Part shown: positions 49,486-56,723 of the stretch, piece by piece
Layout: the number at the start of each line of letters is the position of its first letter
Numbering within the stretch: position 1 is the stretch's first letter
NCBI GenBank assembly: GCA_934476455.1
Contig: CAKSNY010000002.1
Location: forward strand, 10,689 to 74,688
Reading direction: 5' to 3'
DNA length: 64,000 nucleotides
DNA from: an uncultured Clostridia bacterium
GTDB taxonomy: Bacteria > Bacillota > Clostridia > UMGS1883
The notes under the pieces: generated by a model
Told to the model about the DNA's origin: nothing
Database searches by the model: none
The model's input: only the letters and a program-made list of their open reading frames with translations
Program-made: the position numbers and the translations under genes

Positions 49486-49604
49486 ATAAACCTCCGTAAA
49501 ACAGCAGAATAATTATAATTATTATCCGAAAAATAATAGCTTTAGGCGTGCTATTTGTTTATAATTATAGCATAATTGCAATAGTATGTCAAAGGGGCGG
49601 TTTT

Positions 49605-50825
49605 ATGAAAAATGTAAAAGATTACGGTGCGGCGGGCGACGGAAAAACCTTAGACACCGCCGCAATACAAAAAGCGGTTGACAGCGGGGGGATGGTGTAT
49701 ATCCCAAAAGGGGTATATATTACGGGAACAATATATTTAAAAAGCAACGGCGGGCTGCACCTTGCACCCGGTGCGGTGCTTAAAGGAAGCAGCGACAGGG
49801 CGCATTATAACAAAGACGTTTTCTGCCCGCAAAACGAGGTGTTTGCAGCCGAAAGAGTATCGGGGGCGCACCTTATAGCTGCAGTACAGCAGGAAAATAT
49901 TGTAATAGAGGGCGCGGGAACAATAGACGGCAGCGGGCGTTATTGGCTTAACGAAAAGCATCTAATTCCGAAAACAGAGGACTACTATCCCTATCTTTCG
50001 GAACGCCCCGGGCAAATGATGTATTTTTGCGAATGCAAAAATGTACACATAAACGGCGTTAATATTAAAAATGCACCATATTGGCATTTGTTTTTTCACG
50101 GCTGCGAAGAGGTTTTTGCAAGCGGCTTGACAATAAAGGGCGACCGCACACGTTGGACAAACGACGGAATTGATATAGATTGCTGCAAGCGCGTTACCAT
50201 AAGCGACTGCATTATCGACGTCGGCGACGATGCAATTACATTGCGCGCAAATAAGGGCAGGCTGTTAAACAGCGACGGCATTTGCGAAAATGTAACAATT
50301 ACAAATTGCAGCCTGTACTCGTACAACGACTACGGCATACGCGTAGGTGTGGGCGGTGGTGAGATACGCCGCTGCTTAGTATCAAACGTAAGCATAGAGG
50401 CGGCGCACCGCAGCGCCGTAGGTATTATGAGCCGCTGGTCAAAAACAAGCGTAAACGCCGTGACGGTACACGGCATTTTGTTTCAGAATATTATTGCTGC
50501 TGCCCCGCGCCCGATAGAAATAATTACATCTTTCGGGGAAAAGCACATAGACGGGGAATACGGCATAGAAAACATAAGCTTTAACAGTTGTATTTTTAAA
50601 ACGTACGAAAACAATGTTATCTGCGGGTTTGAGGGGCGGCTTAAAAACATTTTTTTAAACAACAGCGTTATATGCCTTGAAAAAACACCGCATAAAAACA
50701 AAATAGAAATATTTAGGGATATAAAAAGGGGAACGCCGCTTTTTATAAAGGATGCGGAAAACGTGTTTTTAAACAATATTTTTGCGGAGGATGAAGGCAG
50801 CGAAGCCGTATTGCTGAAAAAATGA
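49605..50825 (+). CDS. glycoside hydrolase family 28-like (polygalacturonase-type parallel beta-helix)
   Basis: VKDYGAAGDGKTLDT N-terminus, NDGIDID / DDAITL catalytic motifs; divergently oriented from AraC regulator. Confidence 0.7.
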   Translation: MKNVKDYGAAGDGKTLDTAAIQKAVDSGGMVYIPKGVYITGTIYLKSNGGLHLAPGAVLKGSSDRAHYNKDVFCPQNEVFAAERVSGAHLIAAVQQENIVIEGAGTIDGSGRYWLNEKHLIPKTEDYYPYLSERPGQMMYFCECKNVHINGVNIKNAPYWHLFFHGCEEVFASGLTIKGDRTRWTNDGIDIDCCKRVTISDCIIDVGDDAITLRANKGRLLNSDGICENVTITNCSLYSYNDYGIRVGVGGGEIRRCLVSNVSIEAAHRSAVGIMSRWSKTSVNAVTVHGILFQNIIAAAPRPIEIITSFGEKHIDGEYGIENISFNSCIFKTYENNVICGFEGRLKNIFLNNSVICLEKTPHKNKIEIFRDIKRGTPLFIKDAENVFLNNIFAEDEGSEAVLLKK

Positions 50826-50832
50826 ACATAAA

Positions 50833-50880
50833 AAAGGGAGTGCGGCAAAACAAAAGCATTTTGCCGCACTCTCCGCGGTT
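50833..50880. terminator. bidirectional terminator between GH28 gene and ftsH
   Basis: gagtgcggcaaaa...ttttgccgcactc hairpin with flanking A/T runs. Confidence 0.55.
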
Positions 50881-52692
50881 TTATTTTTCAAGTATAGACA
50901 TAAACTCTTCGCCTGTAATTGTTTCGTGCTCGTACAAATATTTGGCAAGCTCGTCCAGCTTTTGCCGGTTTTCCTTAAGCAGCGCAGCTGCCTTTTCGTG
51001 CTGCCTTTTTACAAGAGCAACAACCTGTTCGTCAATTTTCGTTTGTGTTTCGCCGCTGCAGGCAAGCGCCGCGTCGCCGCCGAGGTATTGGTTTGTTACG
51101 GTTTCCATTGCCACCATATCAAAATTATCGCTCATACCGTAGCGCGTAATCATTGCACGGGCAAGCTTTGTTGCCTGCTCTATATCGTTTGAAGCGCCGG
51201 TTGTAACAGAGCCGAACACAACCTCCTCTGCGGCGCGGCCGCCCGTAAAGGTTGCGATTTTGTTTTCGATTTCTTCCTTACTCATAAGGTAATGGTTGCC
51301 GTTTTCAACCTGCATTGTATAGCCCAGTGCGCCCGACGTTCTGGGAATAATCGTAATTTTTTGCACCGGTGCGGAATTTGTTTGCTTCGCCGCAACAAGG
51401 GCGTGCCCTATTTCGTGGTACGAAACAATAAGCTTTTCCTTTTCGGTAAGGATAGCATTTTTCTTTTGGTAACCCGCAATAACAACCTCTATGCTTTCTT
51501 CAAGGTCGGCTTGGGTAACGGCGGCTCTTTTATCCCTTACGGCGCGCAGCGCGGCTTCGTTTACGATATTTGCAAGCTCTGCACCCGACGCACCCGACGC
51601 CATTTTTGCAACCTGTGAATAATCTATACCGGGCATTGTTCTTACCTTTTTGGCGTGTACCTTTAAAATTTCCTCTCTGCCCTTGAGGTCCGGCAATTCT
51701 ACGGGAACGCGCCTGTCAAAGCGCCCGGGGCGCGTAAGCGCAGGGTCTAAGGATTCCGGGCGGTTTGTTGCGGCAAGTATAATAACGCCGGTGTTTCCTT
51801 CAAAGCCGTCCATCTCGGTTAAAAGCTGGTTTAAGGTTTGCTCGCGCTCGTCATTGCCGCTTATGTTGCCGTCGCGCTTTTTGCCGATGGCGTCAATTTC
51901 GTCTATAAAAACAATACAGGGGGCTTTATCCTTTGCCTGCTTGAAAAGGTCGCGCACCTTTGACGCACCCATACCTACAAACATTTCCACAAATTCCGAG
52001 CCGGACATTGAGAAAAACGGCACATTGGCCTCACCTGCAACGGCTTTTGCAAGCATTGTTTTACCTGTTCCGGGAGGACCCACCAGCAAAATACCCTTCG
52101 GCATAGAGGCGCCTATTTCGGAATATTTGTGAGGATTGTGCAAATAGTCCACAATTTCCGTAAGGTTTTCCTTTGCTTCATCCTCGCCGGCAACGTCGGA
52201 AAACTTTATTCCGTTTGAGGATTTTACATAGATTTTTGCGTTGCTTTTACCCATATTAAACATCATAGAGTCTGCCCCGCCCATTTTTTTCATCATCTGG
52301 CGGGAAAGAAGCTGCCCTATGCCCACAAACAAAAGAATGGGAAATACCCACGAAAGCAAAAACGACATAAGGGGCGAGGCTTCCTTTACGATTTCCTTTG
52401 AAAATTTCGCGCCCGAGCCATACAGCCTTTCCGTCATACCGGGATCTGTGAGAAGCCCTGTTTTATAAAAGTTTTTTTCTGCTTTGTCTGTAAAAATTAT
52501 CTGATTATCCTGCACCTCTACAAGCCCGATTTGCTTGTCCTCGGTCATTTTCATAAATGTGCCGTAATCCACCTCTTTTATTTGCCGCTGCAAAAAAAAC
52601 GGCATTGCAAAGATGTTAAGCAGCATTAAAAGCGCCATTGCGATTGCATAGTAAAACAAAAGCGGCTTTTTTGGTTTTTTTACTTCGTTCAT
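50881..52692 (-). CDS. ftsH: ATP-dependent zinc metalloprotease FtsH
   Basis: Walker [12 protein letters not shown], zinc motif HEIGHAL. Confidence 0.9.
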   Translation of the reverse strand: MNEVKKPKKPLLFYYAIAMALLMLLNIFAMPFFLQRQIKEVDYGTFMKMTEDKQIGLVEVQDNQIIFTDKAEKNFYKTGLLTDPGMTERLYGSGAKFSKEIVKEASPLMSFLLSWVFPILLFVGIGQLLSRQMMKKMGGADSMMFNMGKSNAKIYVKSSNGIKFSDVAGEDEAKENLTEIVDYLHNPHKYSEIGASMPKGILLVGPPGTGKTMLAKAVAGEANVPFFSMSGSEFVEMFVGMGASKVRDLFKQAKDKAPCIVFIDEIDAIGKKRDGNISGNDEREQTLNQLLTEMDGFEGNTGVIILAATNRPESLDPALTRPGRFDRRVPVELPDLKGREEILKVHAKKVRTMPGIDYSQVAKMASGASGAELANIVNEAALRAVRDKRAAVTQADLEESIEVVIAGYQKKNAILTEKEKLIVSYHEIGHALVAAKQTNSAPVQKITIIPRTSGALGYTMQVENGNHYLMSKEEIENKIATFTGGRAAEEVVFGSVTTGASNDIEQATKLARAMITRYGMSDNFDMVAMETVTNQYLGGDAALACSGETQTKIDEQVVALVKRQHEKAAALLKENRQKLDELAKYLYEHETITGEEFMSILEK

Positions 52693-52709
52693 TTAAAGCA
52701 CCTCGTTTG

Positions 52710-53186
52710 TTAAAGGATTTTTTCCATACCTATTTTCTGTATGTGAAGCCCTATTTTTTCGTAAAATTTTACGGCGGACGTGTTATCTGCCCAAACGTTT
52801 AAGGTTACGTTATAGCAGCCGCAATTTTTTGCATATTCAAGCACATATTCGTAAAGGCTTTTCCCTATATGGCAGCCGCGTGCGTTTTCATCTACGCAAA
52901 GGTCGTCTATATAAAGCGTTTTTATATCCGTCATATTATTGTCGTTTACAAATTGCTTGTGAATACAAAAGGCATAGCCCAAAATGCGCCCCTCTCTTTC
53001 GGCGACAAACACGGGTGTTTGGTCATCTGCAAGTATTTTTTCAAGCTCTGCGTCCGTATATTTTTTTGCGCCGCGTTTAAAAATATCGGGGCGTGCGTCA
53101 CTGTGTACCTTATGCACCTGATACAAAAGCTTGTCTATAGTTAAAATATCTCCCTTTGATGCTCTTCTTATAACCGGTTTTTCCAT
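52710..53186 (-). CDS. GNAT-family N-acetyltransferase
   Basis: 158 aa, motif A region (NARGCHIGKSLYEYV). Confidence 0.75.
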   Translation of the reverse strand: MEKPVIRRASKGDILTIDKLLYQVHKVHSDARPDIFKRGAKKYTDAELEKILADDQTPVFVAEREGRILGYAFCIHKQFVNDNNMTDIKTLYIDDLCVDENARGCHIGKSLYEYVLEYAKNCGCYNVTLNVWADNTSAVKFYEKIGLHIQKIGMEKIL

Positions 53187-53258
53187 TTTTTACACCTCAC
53201 CGTAAAAATAAGTATAGCACAAACCGCCGCGGGGGGCAAGAAAATACAAAAATTATTC

Positions 53259-53363
53259 ACAAAAAAGGGGATGTAAAAAAAAGCTCAGAACGCAAAAAGG
53301 CATATTGGGCTTTATTACATTATGCCTGAAGTTTGTCCGTTCCGAAGCTTTTTCCCTATCCCC
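53259..53363 (-). repeat. multi-copy intergenic repeat element, copy C (minus strand)
   Basis: reverse complement reads gaggggatagggaaaaagcttcggaacggacaaacttcaggcataatgtaataaagcccaatatgcctttttgcgttctgagcttttttttacatccccttttttgt. Confidence 0.6.
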
Positions 53364-53527
53364 TCGAAGAAACGAAATTCGAGAATTTGGGGAGTTGTCA
53401 GAGGGGATTTCCCCTCTGACGTAAAAAAACGCGGTTTTCGCGGGCGTGCAGTGCCGGCCCTTGTTCTCAAGCCGAAAGCTCGCTTTCGGAGCTTTCGGCT
53501 TGAAACGTGTCGGTATAGCCGACACGC

Positions 53528-54940
53528 TCAAAGGGTTTCCACACGTATTGTCCCCGTCTTTCCGCTGCCTGCGGGCGACATACCCTCTGTCATAACTATT
53601 GTATCGCCGCTTGTAAGCCCCAAATGCTCCCGCGCGGCACGTGCGGCATGGTAAAACAGCACGTCGCCCGATGTGAACTGTTCGCACATAACGGGTACAA
53701 CCCCCCAAGAAAGAGCAAGCTTATACCAAACCTTTTTGTCGGGCGTCATACCGATAATATCCATCGGCGCACGGAAGCGCGATACCATACGAACTGTTTT
53801 CCCGGAAAGAGAGCATGCAACAATTCCCTTTGCGGATATATCTATCGCCATACCGCACGTAGCGTGGGAAACGGCGTCCACCTGGTTTGTTATGGGAAAT
53901 TCCGCATTTCTGAAGCGTTTGGCAAAGTTTATATGCCGCTCGGTTTCTTCCACAATTTCGCTCATTGTGCGCACCGTTTCAACGGGGTATTTGCCCGCAG
54001 CGGATTCACCCGAAAGCATAACCGCGCTTGTGCCGTCATACACGGCGTTTGCAACGTCGGATATTTCCGCACGTGTCGGGCGGGGGTTGTGAATCATAGA
54101 TTCCAGCATTTCGGTTGCGGTTATAACGCGCTTGCCCAAAAGGCGGCATTTTGTAATAATGTATTTTTGCAGCGCCGGAAGCTCTGTAAACGGAACCTCT
54201 ACACCCAAATCGCCGCGGCCTATCATTATTCCGTCGCACTCGGTGCATATATCGTCTATATTATCAATTCCGGCACGGTTTTCTATTTTTGCTATTATGG
54301 CAATGTCGCCGCCGCCGTTTTCGCGGAGAAAGCCTTTAAGGTCAAGAATATCCTGTTTGGTGGAAACAAACGAAGCCGCAACGTAATCCACCCCGTTTTC
54401 TATACCGAAAAGAAGGTCACACTTGTCCTGCTCACTTAAATATACCTGGTGCAAAAGCTTATTCGGAAAGCTCATACTTTTTCTGTCGGAAAGCTCGCCC
54501 CCGGCAATAACGGTGCATACGATGTCCTCGCCGGTAATTTCCTTTACCTCGAAAATAACAAGCCCGTTATTTACAAGCACCCTGTCGCCCTTTAAAAGAT
54601 CCTTGCAAAGCCCTTTATAATTTACGGAAACGATTTCTTTGTTTCCCACACATTCACGCGTGGTAAAGGTGAAGGTGTCGCCGTCCTCCAGGCGGATTTT
54701 CCCGTTTTCAAAGGTACCTATTCTGTATTCGGGACCCTTGGTATCAAGCATTATGGCAATCGGCATATCAAGCGTTTCGCGCACCTTTTTTATCATATCA
54801 AACTTCTTTTTATGCTCCTCGTGCGAGCCGTGTGAAAAATTAAGCCGTGCAACGTTAAGCCCCGCAAGACACATTTTTGTGAACACCTTTTCAGAGCTGC
54901 TTGCAGGCCCTATTGTACATACTATTTTTGTTTTGCGCAT
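53528..54940 (-). CDS. pyk: pyruvate kinase
   Basis: MRKTKIVCTIGPAS N-terminus and conserved PK motifs; start set at 54940 behind GAGAGGGTG RBS. Confidence 0.9.
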   Translation of the reverse strand: MRKTKIVCTIGPASSSEKVFTKMCLAGLNVARLNFSHGSHEEHKKKFDMIKKVRETLDMPIAIMLDTKGPEYRIGTFENGKIRLEDGDTFTFTTRECVGNKEIVSVNYKGLCKDLLKGDRVLVNNGLVIFEVKEITGEDIVCTVIAGGELSDRKSMSFPNKLLHQVYLSEQDKCDLLFGIENGVDYVAASFVSTKQDILDLKGFLRENGGGDIAIIAKIENRAGIDNIDDICTECDGIMIGRGDLGVEVPFTELPALQKYIITKCRLLGKRVITATEMLESMIHNPRPTRAEISDVANAVYDGTSAVMLSGESAAGKYPVETVRTMSEIVEETERHINFAKRFRNAEFPITNQVDAVSHATCGMAIDISAKGIVACSLSGKTVRMVSRFRAPMDIIGMTPDKKVWYKLALSWGVVPVMCEQFTSGDVLFYHAARAAREHLGLTSGDTIVMTEGMSPAGSGKTGTIRVETL

Positions 54941-55091
54941 ATGCTGACACCCTCTCATTACAAAATCTTTCTTATTATATATTATATATGCAAAAAAACA
55001 TTTGTCAAGATTTTGCTTGCGGCAATTTACGTATTTTTATCACAGGGGGCATTATTTTATGTATGAAAATAATCACAACAAAAAAACACTA

Positions 55092-55120
55092 TTGACAAAG
55101 CGCGAAAAATGTTTTATTAT
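55092..55120 (+). promoter_or_regulatory. promoter of leader ORF / BCAA-related operon (-35 TTGACA, 17 nt, -10 TATTAT)
   Basis: hexamers at 55092-55097 and 55115-55120. Confidence 0.5.
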
Positions 55121-55151
55121 AGTAGCATACTTTGTGAAAGGAAAAAAGACG

Positions 55152-55265
55152 ATGAACACTGTATTTTATGTGATTAACATAATTGTCATTAACGCTATTA
55201 TTCTAATTGCCGTTACAGCAAAAAAGAATAGCGCTGTTTGTCGTGTGTGCAGAAAGGCGGCATAA
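55152..55265 (+). CDS. 37-codon Ile/Val-rich leader peptide (candidate attenuation leader) or small membrane peptide
   Basis: MNTVFYVINIIVINAIILIAVTAKKNSAVCRVCRKAA: 7 Ile + 6 Val in 37 residues; AAGGA RBS 9 nt upstream; followed 25 nt later by strong terminator. Confidence 0.5.
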   Translation: MNTVFYVINIIVINAIILIAVTAKKNSAVCRVCRKAA

Positions 55266-55289
55266 TCCGTTTTTTTGATATAAGGTTAT

Positions 55290-55325
55290 AACGCCTGCGG
55301 CAATTAGCGCCGCAGGCGTTTTTTA
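55290..55325 (+). terminator. intrinsic terminator/attenuator between leader ORF and operon
   Basis: perfect 12-bp stem aacgcctgcggc / gccgcaggcgtt with 7-nt loop, followed by tttttt. Confidence 0.65.
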
Positions 55326-55349
55326 ATAATTATGAAAGGATGAGCATAA

Positions 55350-56723
55350 ATGCGAAAAATCGGAATTTCGGACATTACACTGGCAACGGCAGGTGCAAGA
55401 GAGCTAAGCTTTAAGGAAAAGGTAGAAACGGCAAAGCAGCTAAGCCGTGCCGAAACGGATTGTATAGAGATGATGCCGCTTACAGGCTCAAAGGCAGACA
55501 TTATCTTTTATCATACTGTGTCCGGACTTACCGACAGGGAAATATGCTGCCCGATTTCTACGGAGGAGGGGCAGACACAGAAAGCTGCGGAGGCGCTTAA
55601 AAATGCGAAAAACGCTTCTGTAAATGTTTGCGTGCCGTCCTCCACCGTGCAGATGGAATATATAGGAAAGAAAAAGCCCGCGGCAATGCTTGCCGCTATG
55701 GAAAGTACCCTCGCAGAGGCGGCAGCGTGCTTTAAAACCACAGAGGTTACTTTTACGGACGCAACACGTGCCGATATAGGGTTTTTAACGCAGATGACAA
55801 AGAAGGCTGCGGAGGCGGGCGCATCGCGCATAACCGTGTGCGATGATGCGGGCGATATGCTGCCGAAAGAATTTAAAGAGCTTGTGAAGCTTGTTAAAGA
55901 GGCTGCGGGAAAAACGCCGGTAGGGGTGAAATGCTCTAACGAGTGCCATATGGCGGCAGCCTTTATGGCAGAGGCGATAGAAGAAGGTGCAGACTATGTA
56001 AAGACAACGGCGCTCGGGAAAGAGGCGGTTTCCCTTAGAACGGCGGCGGGGCTTATAAGCTCTAAGGGGAGCGCACTGGACTGCTTTTGCGGCGTTAATA
56101 TGACGGTGCTTTCGGATTGCAGCGACAAGATATTGCAGGCTGCCGAGGGTAAGGTAACCCCCAAAGCCTCTTTGAACGCGGGAAGCTTTTTTACCGGCAG
56201 TGAGGATATAACAGCCGTTTCACAGGCGGTAAAGGATTTGGGCTATGACCTTAGCGGCAACGATATTGCGGCGGTATACAGCGAATTTTTAAAGACCGCC
56301 GAAAAGAAGAAGGTTTCGCTGCGCGACCTTGACGCGATAGTTGCCGGCTGTGCAATGCAGGCGCCGCCGACCTTCAGCGTACAAAGCTTTGTTGTTACAA
56401 ACGGAAATCTTATAACACCGATGGCAAATATGACCATTGTAAAAAACGGCGAGGCGCTTTCCGGCTGCAGCGTGGGCGACGGACCGATTGACGCGGCGTT
56501 TCGCGCTATTGAGCAGATTGTAGGGCACCATACGGAACTGGACGATTTTCAGGTACAAGCCGTAACGCGCGGGCGCGAGGCGCTCGGCTCGGCAATTGTT
56601 AAGCTGCGTTCGGGCGGTGTTTTGTATTCGGGCAAGGGCATATCAACCGATATAGTGGAAGCGAGCATAGCTGCGTACATAAGCGCACTTAACAAAATAT
56701 ATTACGAGGAGGAAACAAAATGA
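55350..56723 (+). CDS. LeuA/homocitrate-synthase-family protein with degenerate catalytic barrel and intact C-terminal LeuA regulatory (dimerisation) domain
   Basis: C-terminal GDGPIDAAFRAIEQI...GKGISTDIVEASIAAYISALNKI matches LeuA allosteric domain; catalytic motifs replaced: LRDGEQ -> LATAGARE, HxHNDxG -> KCSNECH. Confidence 0.65.
   Translation: MRKIGISDITLATAGARELSFKEKVETAKQLSRAETDCIEMMPLTGSKADIIFYHTVSGLTDREICCPISTEEGQTQKAAEALKNAKNASVNVCVPSSTVQMEYIGKKKPAAMLAAMESTLAEAAACFKTTEVTFTDATRADIGFLTQMTKKAAEAGASRITVCDDAGDMLPKEFKELVKLVKEAAGKTPVGVKCSNECHMAAAFMAEAIEEGADYVKTTALGKEAVSLRTAAGLISSKGSALDCFCGVNMTVLSDCSDKILQAAEGKVTPKASLNAGSFFTGSEDITAVSQAVKDLGYDLSGNDIAAVYSEFLKTAEKKKVSLRDLDAIVAGCAMQAPPTFSVQSFVVTNGNLITPMANMTIVKNGEALSGCSVGDGPIDAAFRAIEQIVGHHTELDDFQVQAVTRGREALGSAIVKLRSGGVLYSGKGISTDIVEASIAAYISALNKIYYEEETK

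Noticed and set aside
53396-53419. Perfect 24-nt palindrome downstream of pyk, considered as its terminator
   Set aside because: No U-tract follows on the pyk (minus) strand, so it is not called as an intrinsic terminator and is only mentioned in findings.
53624-54439. 271-aa ORF on the plus strand
   Set aside because: Antisense to pyruvate kinase and Cys/His/Arg-rich in a way typical of reverse-frame artefacts.
55002-55265. 87-aa version of the leader ORF from the six-frame track
   Set aside because: The upstream extension runs through the -35/-10 promoter and has no RBS. The ATG at 55152 sits 9 nt after AAGGA and downstream of the promoter, so the 37-aa form was kept.
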